Shown: positions 24,757-38,362 of the stretch, piece after piece
Position numbering within the stretch: the first letter of the stretch is position 1
Layout: each line of letters starts with the position of its first letter
From: Stegostoma tigrinum
Taxonomy: Eukaryota
Direction: 5' to 3'
NCBI RefSeq assembly: GCF_030684315.1
Contig: NC_081387.1
Coordinates: 25,538,647 to 25,602,646 of the forward strand
DNA: 64,000 nucleotides
Translations under genes and position numbers: made by a program
The notes under the pieces: model-generated
What the model was told of the DNA's origin: nothing
Database searches by the model: none
What the model saw: only the letters and a program-made list of their open reading frames with translations

Positions 24757-27170
24757 CTGGACACAGGGCAATATTGCTGTGCTGAACACAATGGACAGAG
24801 TCTGACTACACACAGGGCTGGATTATTGTGCTGAAAATAATGTCAGAAATAACACAACACCAGGTTATAGACCAACAGGTTTATTTGAAGCACAAGCTTT
24901 CGGAGCCTTAGTCCTTCTTCAGGTTTCAGAGAGAGAGGTAGTATCAGACACAGAATTTACAAGTGAAAGATTACCTTTGACAACGAGTTCTTCGTCCAGA
25001 CACAGGGAACAGCCATTGGGACCAGATTTGCTCGCCAAAATGTCAACATTTTCATGCACAGGTTTGAGCAAGACTTTGCTGTACAGAACCTCTGACCAAC
25101 GCTATACACCAGATACATTGACATTGGCATTTTTTTTCCTTTGGACTCATGGTGAGGAATCACTGAAACAACTTCATAGCAATATCAGACTTACCATGGA
25201 CTACTCTTTAGAATCAGTCTCATTCTTGGACACATGCATCTCCATCAAAGATAGTCACCTCAGCACATCACTACCGCAAGCCTACAGATAACCTCATGAT
25301 GCTGTACTTCTCTAGCTTCTACCTGAAACATATTAAAACAGCCATCACCTATAAAGAAGCCCTACACACACAGAGAATCTGTTCGGATGAGGAGGAACGA
25401 GACCAACACCTGAAGGTATTGAAAGATGCCCTGATAGGAACAGGATATGATCTTAACTCATCGATCGCCAGTTCCAACGTGCCACAGCAAGAAATCATAA
25501 TGACGCCCTCAGAAGACAGACACGGTATACATCCGATAGGGTACCCTTCGTCATCCAGTGCTGCGTGGGAGAGGAGAGACTATGCCATGTTCTTCACAGC
25601 CTTTAACAAATTATCAATGACAATGAGCACCTCAGCAAGATCCTCCCCAAACCTCCACTTCACACCTTCAAACAACTGCCAAACCTTAAACAGACCATTG
25701 TTCACTACCCAGCAAACTACCTGGCTTCAGGACAACATCGATCATAGTACTATACAACCCTGCTTTGGTAACCTCTGCAAGACATGTCAGATCTTCAACA
25801 TAGACACTGCTATCACATATGGGAACACCACCCACCCACATGCATGGCAGTTACTCATGTGACTTGGCCAACGTTGTCTGTCTCGTAGATTGCTGGCCAG
25901 AATGGCCCGAGGCATGGTACATTGGCAAAATTGTGCAGATGCCACAAAACAGATGAATGGACAATGTGCAATAATCGCCAGACAAGAGTTCCCTCCCAGT
26001 GAGGGCATATGTCAGCAATCAAGGGCATTTGGTCTCAGACCTTTGGATAAACATCCTCTAAGGCAGACTTCAAGATACACAGTAACACAAGAGTCACTGA
26101 GCAGAGGCTGTTAGCCAAGTCCCGTATCCACAAGGATGGCCTCAACCAGGATCTTGGGCTCATGTCATGCTATAGGTGACCCCACCACATGATACACTCT
26201 CAAACAGATCCTCTCTCATACACACACTCTCTCTGTCTCTCTCTACACTCCCCCAACACACAGACACTCACACACATACATACTGCCTAACCCCCAATCT
26301 CTCTCTTAGACATGGACACACACACACACACACACATCTATGTGGTGAATTTGTATTTACAGATACATTTTATTTTGTTCATAAAACACACAATTTATAG
26401 ACAGTCAATCAATAAAGTGTTTTATAAACTCCTGCTTTAGAAATAAAACCAGTCTGACTCCAAACTAAAACGCAGACAGATTCTAAACAAGGTCTCACAC
26501 CGAATATATATTGTCTGACCTAAAATGTCACCTCTTCTTTACGTTGATTAAACCTTTAGTCCTCTCAGGACTGTGATTTGAAAGGAATTCACAGATTTAC
26601 ATATTAATTATAATCATTTAAAGCCTTCTAATTGATTAAAGAGTTAAGAGCATCTTAGGTTTGTTTAGTGCATCCTCATCAATGGTGTGTGAACCTTTGA
26701 TCTTTTACTTATAAATTCTGTGGGTGATACTAAATCTCTCACTGACACCTGAAGAAGGACAGAGGCTCCGAAAGTTTGTGTTTTCAAATAAACCTGTTGG
26801 ACTATAACCTGGTGTTGTGTGATTTATGACTTGGCCCACCCCAGTCCTACACAGACACCTCCACATCCTGAAAACGATAGACAGAGTCTGACTGTACTTT
26901 GCTATGTTACTGTGGTGAAAACAATGGACAGAGTCTCACTGGACACAGGATGATATTTCTGTGCTGAACACAATGGACTGAGTGTGACTCTACACTGGGC
27001 TATATTACTGTACTGAACAGAATGGACACAGCCCTATTACTGTGCTGAAACAATAGACAGAGTGTGACTAGGTAGGGCTGTATTACCGCTCTGAACACAA
27101 TGGACAGAGTGTGACTGTACGTGGGGCTATATTACTGCGCTGAACACAATAGACTGAATGTGACTCACTA
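24757..27170 (+). repeat. ~44-bp degenerate minisatellite (..ctgtgctgaacacaatggacagagtgtgact..) split by the Penelope insertion
   Basis: About 2 units at 24757-24841 and about 7 units at 26868-27170. Confidence 0.8.
24842..26867 (+). mobile_element. Penelope-like retroelement, 5'-truncated, with an inverted pseudo-LTR at its 5' end
   Basis: Decayed RT (YQRYT-DI, SVSFLDTCISIKD), thumb (TAITY..RICSDEEERDQHL), Cys/His linker and GIY-YIG remnant. The pLTR at ~26697-26825 is inverted at 24842-24975, and both copies carry hammerhead cores. Confidence 0.88.
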
Positions 27171-28729
27171 GAAAGGTAGAATCTTCCACAGCCAAAAATA
27201 AAATCAACCAGCCAGAAACCCTTCCACAGAACATGGTATATGTTAAATAATTTGGGTAGCACTTTATTTGTACTAAAATGTTAAATATCCTGACATTTAC
27301 AGCTAATGACATACTTCTGTGCAGTCCCTGCTGTAATATAGGAAATATGGCAGTCAATTTGAACACAACAAAGGCCAACATTCAATGACAAAATAGTGAA
27401 TTTTTTTAAGAGGGTTTGACTGCAGACTAAATATTGTCCAGGGTAGCTGGTGATAACTCCAGCTAATATTCCAACATATTCTGCAATATATTCCACATAT
27501 TCCTATATGTGACCTTCCAAAGCTTTGTGTTTGACATGAGGCCTGAAACCAATGTTGTTGTCAATGTCAGAACTGTACTGCTGTCCAGCTTAGATTCTAA
27601 CTTGACAACGTACAGTAGAAAAACACATGGAAACTGCATTACAGACTCCCATAACATTACCAAATTCAGTAGCATAAGGAACCATTAGAGTACCAGTACA
27701 AAGGAGATCTCAAACAAGTGACAGTGCTCACTCAACATCACATTGGCAGGAGCATCAACTTCACTTGTATCGTCAATCTCTGGAATTCACCTACTAAGGC
27801 TTCAGAGATGAGGAGATGTCAAAATTCCATGAAGAGAAGCATCCAGGAAGAAGGATACAAAATGCCTAGATTTGCAGGAGCTATAACTTAGAGAGTATGG
27901 ATCTGTTCTGTCCAGAATCATTGATTTGAATGAAAAGCATCCAGTCCACTCCAAACTTCTCATATTCTGGCCTTTTTGTCCAATTTGAGCATCTCTGATT
28001 CTGCCAATGATGATACATCGGAATGTCAATAGCATCTAAGGATATTCAAAGCAGTCATTCCTTCAAGAGTTTGTGGAATGAGTGATTTTCAGAGTGAAAT
28101 ATTGATTGGAACAGAAGAGAGGTTTTAAAGTGTTGGCACAGGAATAATGAGCTGGAAGGCTTGTTTCTGCACTGTCAAATTCTCCCAATTGGAGTGATAG
28201 TGAGAAACAGTCCATCTGATGATTTAAAAAAAGCCTTGGTTCCTATTTTCCTCATTTCCTATTCCGTCAAAATTGACCCAAACAGAAACTGTAACACCAA
28301 TGTCAAGATTTCCTTAAACCCCGACCAGATGCCAATGTTTGCTCAGAGGACCATGTCTGTTTTGTATTTTACTTTCAATCATTTCCTTCTCTGTTTATCT
28401 TTTCCTTAATAAAAGCTACAAATAAACATTTTGCTGAACTCCCTGAAAAATATGAAGCATTGCATGTTTTCTTGTATTATCTTCTCCAGAAGACATTAAT
28501 TATAATGCTGAGCTCATGTGGCCCTTGAAATGTTTGAAAGCCATACTTGCAGAAGCAAAATACAGTGGTTCACATGGATCTACATTTATGACACTGGGGG
28601 AGTTCTGAAGTTGTAGAATTTCAATGAACAAAATTAATAAATTTACTTCCATGATAATGGGCAGAGAGAAAGTGCGATACTTAATATAGTTTGTATACAG
28701 TGATGTCAACATTGATTTTCTCCATTAAC

Positions 28730-29400
28730 ACAATAACCTACTCTCTATGGATATACTCTGATCTACCTCACCCTGTTCCTGCTGAGACCCTCCTCAATGC
28801 TTGCCTAACCTCCAGAACATGCCATACGTATACCCTCAAGCTTAGCCTCTCATCTTGCACCCTCCAAAGTTTGAGATGATCCAAAACTCTGCTGCCTGTA
28901 CCCTAATTTGCACCAACTCATATTCACTCATCAGTCCCAGCATTAGCTGCTCCACTATCCACTCTGCAGGTAATATCTCAGTCTTAAAGCTTGCAAGCTT
29001 ATGACCAAATCTATACGTGGTTTTGCAACTCCATTCCACCATCTTGAAACCATCCAAGCAGTACATTTCTGTAGAACAGGAGATTTCAAGAAAAGTTTAT
29101 GTTGTGCAATGTCTAATCCCTTTGTAATACTTTCATGAACCCAATATCTCAATGTCTTTATGCTCCTTCAGTTGTGGCCTACTTTATGCTTCCCAATCAT
29201 TTCACATCATTGTAGTGTCTTCAACCACCGGAGATTTAGTCTCTGGAATCTCACCTGCCTGCTTTGCCCTACTGTCTTAAGATTTTCTTTAAAATCAGTC
29301 AAATTGAAGAAGATTTCAGTCAAGTCCTTGGCTCTGTGTAAACCTTTGTGTGTTTACAGTCCTACAAAATATATTTTACTGGATTAATGGCACTATACAA
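28730..29400 (+). mobile_element. Old L2-type LINE 3' remnant
   Basis: Decayed similarity to the L2 IQNSAAR..HITP..LHWL region. Confidence 0.5.
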
Positions 29401-29599
29401 ATATAAATTAATGTTCTTTTCTTAATCTGCCGCAACATTTTTAGTTTGTAATAAATTTGTCATTCCCTCGGATCGTATGTTCAAAATTATGAAGCTGACT
29501 GAATATTGATAACAATTATGATTTTATTTGAATATAAATGAGCCTCAATGTATAACAGTATTTGGAGTACAACTTCCAAAGGACATTTTATTTCTTTGC

Positions 29600-31000
29600 T
29601 CATGATATGTGGGCACTGCTGACTGGGCCAGTATTTATCAACTGTCCATACTTGCCCTTGAGAAGGTGGTGGTGAGCTGCCTCCTTCAACTGCTGCAGTC
29701 CACCTGCTGTGATTTGACCCACAATGTCATTAGGAAGAGAATTCCAGGATTTTGACCCAGCGGCATTAAAGGAATGGTGATACGTTTCTGAGTCAGGATG
29801 GTGAGTGGCTTTAAGGGAACTTGCCAGTGGTGGTGCTGGCTTGGCTTTAATACAAAACTCAGGGGTAGATAGTGATAGTAAGGAATAATCCCTCTTGGGC
29901 TGGTAATCCAGATTCCCAGGCAAACATTCTGCAGACGCAAGTTGAAATCCTACCATGGCAGCTGATAGCATTTCATTTTAATGAATTATGTCTTGAATTT
30001 TAGTTATGTCCCAAAATTAAAATAAACTGAATAAATAAAAATAAACTGAAGGCTACTCTCTGCCAACTGGCTTCATTTGTAAAAACCTACCTGGTGTCCG
30101 TAAGGGAGGGAACGCTACCATCCTGAACTGGTCTGGCCCCAAAGTGACTTCAGACCCACATCAATGTGGTTATGAAACAGCCGAGCAAACCACTCAGTTC
30201 AAGGGTAATTCGAGATGGGCAACAGATGCCATTGATACCACGTCCCATATCAGATTTGACAAATATCTCCATCACTAGCAGAACATATTTCTCTATATCT
30301 ACACCATTGAAATCCTCAGCATAGTCACTCCTTAACCTTCACCATACCACAGAATAGAAGACCATTTTGTAAAAACATTGGAAAATACTGGAGAAACTCA
30401 GCAGGTTTGGCAGCATGTTAATTTGTATTCATTTGAGTGAATGTGGGGGCTGGGTGTCAGTGTTGCATTTATTGCCTATCCCTAGTTGCCCCAAGAAGGT
30501 CACAATGAGCTGCCTTTTAATTTCCTTGTGGGATGTGGGCATTGTTGGCTATACCAACATTTAATGCCCATGCCTAGTTGCCCCTTGAAAAGGTGGGGGT
30601 GAGCTGCCTTCTTGAACCTCTGCGGTCCATGTGCTGTAAGTAGACCCACAATATCATTAGGGTGGGAATTCCAGGATTTTGACCCAGCAACAGTGAACAA
30701 ATCGTGATATATTTCCAAGTCAAGATGGTAAGTGGCTTGGAGGGGAACTTGAAGGCGGTGGTGTTCTCATGTACCTGCTGCCCTTGCCCTTTTAGATAGA
30801 AGTTGTTGAGAGTTTGGAAGGTGCTGCCTGAGGATCTTTGGTGAATTTCTGTAGTCTATCTTGGAGATGGCATACACTGCTGCTACTGAGCATCACAGTT
30901 GAGGAAGTGAATGTTGAAGGTGGTGGATGGGGTGCCAATCAAGCTTGGTCCTTGATGACTTTGAGCTTTTCTGAATGTTGTTAAAACTGTAACCATCAGG
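29600..31000 (-). mobile_element. Shark LINE 3'-UTR fragments (several copies)
   Basis: Repeated GSKSWNSLPN..QRFKKAAHHHL motif on the minus strand. Confidence 0.7.
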
Positions 31001-32423
31001 CACATGGGAACTGAGAATCACTAACCCTATTGGTGTCTGAGTAGACAGTTCCCAATGCTTGTTCCTGTACTCACACAGACACCTGCAGCAGCCTTGTGTC
31101 CCTGCTGACCTGAACAAGTCATGCTCAAAAGTGGAAGCATTGTTTTGACATTGAAGTTGCAATAAAGCGCATTAATTCCCTAAAAATAAAATGATCCAAA
31201 CCTCCTGTTTGTTGGTCCACCCCAACAAAATAGGGCATGTGGAGAAATACATCCAGTGAATGGAAACAGTAGGCTTGTCATCAAACCCTGACCTTAGGCT
31301 CCACTTCCCTGCCTTGTGGCCTCCTGCGCTGTGTCATCCTCTGGTTCTATATCATGTTGATATGTTTGCGACATTCATAACAAGATGAAATGAAGTCACT
31401 GCACATTGCAAACTTAAGAAGTCTTGTTTTTGGCAAAGCATACAGTTCAGGGATGAGAATGGATGAAGAAAAGCTGAGCATGGCATGATCACTGGCTGAT
31501 GGTGGCAATTACAGGCTAGATGCTTGAAAAAACCCAGCCTGGATTTTAAAGACAGAGGGGGCACAGAGACAGTGGAGAGATGGCTCTGTGTTTGCTGTTT
31601 TCACCCCTTTGACATTGACCATCACTTCAGGATGTTAGGTTCATGCAGTTTAGTGGGGAAGTCCAGAGATTGAACTCTGACTCAGGCCTCCACCACAGGC
31701 AACATCACGTAACCAGCAACTAGGGAGAATTTCAGTTTCCTTGCTCCCACTTCATGGTTTATTCCATCATACATAATGACTTGGTCATAACTCATAATTA
31801 GCCCAGCAATGGTGTAAATTTCTTATGATAGGATAGAGGCCATCTCCAGTGAAATCAGAAAAGCTCACTAAATTGTACAAGGTAGGTTGAGCAATTCAAA
31901 ATCGCTTTTAAAAAGTGGAAACCCTGGTAATGAGTCAGTACCTTGTCTTAATGAAGTAAGTGAATGGCTGAATCTAGGGTGTGAGAAACAACACAACAGG
32001 GGATTTTTCCTTGAATCACAGCTAACAGTGTCAGCATCGAAACACCAGCTGGCTTGCTAACACTCAGCAATGTTATTCTTGACAAAATTAAGCAGACAAA
32101 ACAAACTTTCAGACCTTTCAGCCCATCACACATACTATTCCAGCAGGCCGGGGTGTGCTGAATCTCACTGATTTTAAGAGGAAACATGAAGAACGAAAAG
32201 TGACAGCACAATCGTGGGCTAAAGGGCCCAATCCTGTGCTGTACTATTCTAATCTTTTCCATGAGGAAACCCCGAGATGTACAAAATGGAAAAAAAAAGA
32301 TTGAAAGTGGGGCCATCAAGCTTCGGAATGCAAGGCAGTTGGGACTAACATAAACTGGTCTGTTACTTGTAGTCACAAGTCAAGCCTGTTCATGGTTCGC
32401 TGACAGACTTTTCTTTTTAAAAA

Positions 32424-32745
32424 GTGTGGAAGCAGGCCATTTGATCCATCAAGTCCACACCAGCCCTCTGAAGAGCATCCCACCCCTCTATCCAATAGCC
32501 TTGCATTTCCTATGGCTAATCCACCTCACCTGCACATCCTGAGACACTGCAGGCAATTTAGCATAGCCAATCCACCTAACCTACGCACCTTTGGACTGTG
32601 GGAGAAAACCAGAGCACTCAACAGAAACCCACGCAGGCTCAGGGAGAATATGAAGACTTCACATGGACAATCGCACAAGGATGGAATTGAGCCCAGGGTC
32701 ACTGGTGCTGAGGCAGCAATGATAAATACTGAGCTACTGTGCCAC
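32424..32745 (-). mobile_element. tRNA-derived SINE (HE1-like)
   Basis: Same family as 7216-7575. Confidence 0.78.
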
Positions 32746-35700
32746 GATGAAATGTGACAAAAAGGGAAATAATATTACTTGTATGTGTAATAAGTTGTTG
32801 TAAAGTGTTTGTGATGTAATTCGTTGCATTTTCATAATTTTGTAAAAAAAAAAATTACAACATCTTTATTCCAATGTTCAGAGGAGGAAGGAGTGGGATG
32901 AATGTAAGATTTTACAAGTGGCTACGTTTTAAGATGTTCCCTTTAATTGAAGGTAAAACAATGTCTTCAATGATGTCTTGGTGATCACCCTAAACTCATT
33001 GTCACACAGAAAGACACACAGGCCAAAACCTATGGGAAGTTGAGAACGAGTTTATAAACTTTGACAGAAAGAAATGGAAGAGATTACTTTTTCTGAACAC
33101 CAGCTGTCAGATTCAGAGTTCTGAGGAGAACGGTTGAGAGAGTTCTTGGGTGAAGAGAAGCCACTGCTATTACAGTAGAATGCTGGGAAGAGCTGGCTTT
33201 CTGAACGGTTAGACAGGGATTTTAGAGAATTAGAATCAAAGAGTCGCCAGAGTGGGCCTTGTGTGTTGTATCAGTTGGAGAATATTCCGTGGATTAAGTG
33301 AGGGGACTTCTGAAGGAGACTGGAATACTGTGAGAGGGGGAAAGGTGGAGGAGTGTGGGGCATACCCTACAGGGGGACATATTAAATGGCCCATAAAGTA
33401 TGCTTGATTGGGTAAATTGAATAATGAGGTTTACTACGTTACATGCCTATATTAACTTAGCTGCAGTAAAATCTCACAAATTCACTGGGAAATTCACATC
33501 TCATTTTCCAAAAATTTAAATCAGCCTCTAATATTCTATTCCCTTTTATGTCATTAGAACTGACAGTGGGGCATTGTGTCAATATTTTCCAATCAACATG
33601 TCCAATGACATTGCATGACTCACCTCTGGAGCAAGTGGGGCTTCAACACAGGCCTCTTGTCTGAGAGGTATGAGCACTACCATCTGCAAAATCATCAATG
33701 AGGCATCACCTTTTTGTTGGCATGCATGCCGAATTTCATCTTGTCCCTTTCATCACCAATATGAATACAGACAGATCTCCTGAATAAACAGATGAAAAAC
33801 AGCAGTAGCTGTTCTGATGTTACTGGGATGGGGTTGGTTAACTAAGCCAGTTGGACAGCTGGATTGTGCTGCATAGTGATGGGAACAGAGTGGGTTCAAA
33901 TCCTGTACTGACCAATGTCACCATAAAGGCTTTGACCCTCACAAAAGGGCTCTTGTGGTGCAGGGGTAATGTTTCTGCCTCACATCCTTCCTGCTCCAGA
34001 GGAGTGTTGTACTATCTCTTACTAGGTTGATGAGGACAATCAAGAGGCAAAAAAGGCAACAGGGAACAGTCCACCTGTCCCCTTCAAGGGGAAACGCCTG
34101 AGAAGACAGATGGGTCTCAGTTTGCCAAATTTGGCAACAGACATCATAATAAAACATGACTGGAGCAGTTGGTTAGCTCAGATAGTTACAGTATGATGCT
34201 AATAGCACAAAAGATGTGGGTTCAATTCCCTATAATGCGCATGGTTTCTAGCTTCCACGCCAAACTTCAATTCAAAGGTTAAAGAAACTGCAGATGCCAA
34301 AATGCAGGAATTTCTAGCAAAACTCAGCAGATCTGGCAGCGTCTGTACGCAGAAAGCAGAGTTAATATTTCAGTGGGTCATTGGACCCTACACATTGACT
34401 ATACTTTCTGTCCACAGATGCTGCCAGACTTGCTGAGCTCCTCCAGCAATTTCTGTTTGTATTTTTAATTCTAAGGTCTTGTGGTGCAGTGGCAGTGTCT
34501 CTCAGGCAGGAGGCCCGGTTTCAAGTCCTAGTTGCCCCAGGTAGGCATTGTATATATGTCTAAACAAAGAAAAATGTGCTTGGAGCAATCCTGAGGACTA
34601 CCAGGTTAAAGTTGTCACATAGAAGTAAAGGCCGTGAGCAATTCAAATAAAGTGGTGGCTCAGAACCTTGCAGATGTGTGAAATTTGATGACAACATTTT
34701 TTGGAAAGATGTTTGATTTGGTATAAACTGATTTTGTAAGAGCATCTGGAAAAAATGAAGTCACACAGAGAGGATTTGAACTCTGTGAGGTCCCTTTGTG
34801 CTGGTGATGTGTGACCTGAGCAATGTTTGAGATTTAATTTCAATTGGAATTGCATCAGCCTTTGAGATACCTCTGTAATTACTGCAATACACTTTGAAAT
34901 AGAAAGCATGCAAATTAACTGAGGTTAACATGTTTGAGCCTATTTTTTAAAAACGCTAATTTTTTATGATTTTAGTGGCATCGTGTGAATTGTAATGATT
35001 TTTTTATGGCACTAGGAGATTGTCAGATCTGCAGAAAATAATCACAATGTTCAACACTGATTCTGCACTTATGATGGCCTTGAGATACACAATTCAATTG
35101 TTATCCCTATTCATGTGATACAATAAATTGTTGCAAATGTAGCTTATACTGAAGACAATTTTGAACAGAAACTATCAGAGCAGGAGATGGCCATTCAGCC
35201 CCATGTGCCTGCTTTCCATCACAAATTGACCATTTCATTTCAACTTCACTTTCCTGCTTATACCCACATGCCTTGATGCTTTTCAAAATAAACTGTTGTG
35301 GCCTCAAGGCTTGTTCTTTTGTCATTGTTAAGGTCAGCATTGTCTACCCATCTCTCTTTGCCTTCAGAAAGCCAGTCATTCAACTGCACCTTTCTATCCA
35401 ATGGGCTCGCTTGGTTGATGTACTGAGCATCCATCACAAGCTATTGCTTCCTTGGGTCTCTTAAAGAATGTGGAAGCTTCCTCCAGATGCTGTGCCTCCA
35501 CTTCTCACAGCAACAACACTTCCACTGACTCTTCCACTCATTCCTCCATTTCCACTTCTAGCCTGACATATCTCACCCTGCGTATGGTTGCACAGTTGCA
35601 GTTGGGTGGAAGTGGCTAATGATCAGTGCTGCATTGATGGTATCTCAGTCTATTGTCTGCAATACTGCTTTTCTCCCAGAAGTTGGCTGGCTGTTGATGG

Positions 35701-36059
35701 ATAGGAAGTGCTGGGGACCACACTCAGTTATAACGTGAGTGAATGATGCAAGCTGGACAGCACAGCTATTCTCTCTCTGTATCCACAGCTTATGTGTGCA
35801 CATGAGCAGAAAGGCATCTGTTTGCTGCCCATTCATCAGCATTGGTATTAGATCCAACAAAGTCCAAGTCCCAGGAGTCACAATTCGTCTGGTGGCAGGT
35901 GACCAAGCAAGACAAACCTGGGCCCCCAGCTCTTTAGGCAGAGAGAACAGGAGTCACTTAGAGGAAGCGGTTTCTGAAGTCTTGCAAGAGTGCCCTTAAA
36001 ATATCACACTTGACCTCTTTGAGAGTGTGAACTATTCTTCAAATGGGAGGAGAGAGGAT

Positions 36060-37570
36060 CTGCTGCAAAAGCCAATAATTTTATGTGAGGATGGAGTATC
36101 CAAACAATTGGAACTGGAGAAATAATAACAGGGAAGCAGGGCATGGCAGAGGAGTTGAATAAACACTTAACACCTTTACAGTAAAAGACACCATTAGCTA
36201 ATGACTAAATATTCAGGGAGCAAAAAGAGGTGAGGGAATAAATGCAATTACTAGCACTAGACAAAAAAAACCCAAGGGAAACTAAAGGAAGCAAGGCCTG
36301 ACAAGTGCCCTGCACCTGACTGCATGCATCGGAGGTTGGGATGGGAAATAGCCACAAAGATAATTGATACATTGATAGCAATCTTCTAGGAATTCTTAGA
36401 TTTTGATAAAGTTCCAGAGGATTGGAAAACTGCCAATGTAACACCTTTATTTTAAAAGGGAAAGGAAAAAAAATACCAGTTAGCTAAATGTCGATCGTTC
36501 AATTCTGTTAGAAAGGAGTCAATAACAGGCCTTTTAGAAATACGTGATATGATCAAGCTGAGTCAGTGCAGTCTTGCAAAGGGGAAACATACCTTACAAT
36601 TCGATTAGAATTCATTGAGGAGGTAGCAAACAATCAAGATAAAGGGGAAGTAGCAGATGGAATATGTTTGGATTTTCAGCAAACATTTGTAAAGCTGTTA
36701 CACTTTAGGCTACTTCATAAAATAAGAGCCCACAGTACTGGGGTGCTATATTAGCATCGATAGAGGATTGGCTTACTCACTAAAGAGAGAAGTTAGGATA
36801 AAGGGGCATTTTCAGGATGGCAACCTGCTATTCCACAGGGATTAATGCTAGTGCCATGATTATTGATATATATTGACTTGAGTGATGAAAGTGAATGCAC
36901 CATTGCCAAATTTGCAGATGACACAAACATGGCTGGGGTGGGGGGAGGTGGTTTCAAAGGCAAGTGGGTGAGAATGACAAGGAGTCTACAGAGGGATGTA
37001 GACAGGTTAAGTAAGTGGGCAAAACTTGGCATACGGAATATAATGTGAGAAAATATGAGGTTATGCATTTTGGCAGGAAGAGCAGAGGAGCTGAATTTTA
37101 TTTAAGTGGAGAAAGACTGAGGAAGGCTACAGCACACAAGAATTTGAGAGTCCTGTTCCCTGAATCACAAAAAGATAACATCCAGGTTCTGGAGATATTA
37201 GGGAAGGCCTGGTGGAATGCTTAACTTTATTGCTAAAGCTAAGGAGGTCTTGCTAACACTATATAAGGCACTAGTCAGACCACAGCTGGAATACTATGAC
37301 AACTTTGGGTGTCTTATTTAAGTAAAGATATCATTGTATTGGAGGCAGTCCAGAGAAAGTTCACAAGGCTTATACCAGACATATATGGATTGCCTTGTGT
37401 GGCAAGATTGAGAAGGTTGGGTCTTATACACATTGGAGTTTCCAAGAATAAGAAGTGAAATTTTGAAACACGAAAAATTCTTAGAGGACTTGACAAGCTC
37501 GATGCAGAAAAGTAGTTTCCCATTGTGGGAATGTCTAGGACCACAGGGTATCGTCTCAGATTAAGGGTCA
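36060..37570 (+). mobile_element. CR1 LINE, decayed RT
   Basis: Motifs ICLDFQQTF, IAKFADDT and KYEVMHFGRK are spread across frames. Confidence 0.85.
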
Positions 37571-38362
37571 GATATTGCAAAGCAATGATATTTATATTCA
37601 TTCGCAGGATGTGGGCATTTACCACCTACCCCTAACGACACTCGAGAAGGAAGGTGGTGGTGAGCAACCTTTTTGAACCACTGTGGTCCACTTGGGTTTA
37701 TATATACACCCACAGTGCTGATGGGAAGGGATGGCCAGGATTTTGACCCAATGAGTGCAGAAACAGTAATATATACCTGTGCCTGGATAGTATGTGGCTT
37801 AGAGGGGAACATGCTGGTGGTGTTGCATGTGTCTGCTGCCTTTGCCACTCGAGAGGCTGAAATGTGCTCACAAAGGAGCTCTGGTGAATTAATGCCAATA
37901 ACACATGCTAAAGGGTCTAAGTTCAGTGTATGGATCTGTAAAGTGGCTCAGACTGGGATGACTTTGACTGCAATCCATGTTACACCATATGCCCCTGGAA
38001 AAGGGAGTGAGGAAAGTAGCTTTAGAAAAGCATCATGGAAGCACATGAAGAGAGTGAATGATGAAAAATAGACAAGAACATCATGAGCAGCACAGCTGAA
38101 GGAAATGGGCAATAACACGGCACCAATAACTGAGCACCCACTGCCTGATATGGGTGCCAGCCCCACAAACCTAGCAAAACTGAACACTGGGCATGTGGTA
38201 CTACAAATGGAAAGACCACCTTCTTCTCTCTCTATGCCCAACTTCACCCAAAAAGGGATCATGTCTGGGCTACAATGAAAGGAGGATTGAATAAGATGAA
38301 CACTAAGTGGACAGGGGAGGTCAGTAATCAATTGGAAATGACTGGAATTGAGTGTTTCAGCC

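Noticed and set aside
24757-27170. 44-bp repeats as a CRISPR-like array
   Set aside because: Units are contiguous degenerate copies without unique spacers, the context is eukaryotic, and there are no cas genes.
33830-34540. tRNA-like A/B-box sequences (also ~16045-16100) as tRNA genes
   Set aside because: No complete cloverleaf; they are decayed SINE heads.
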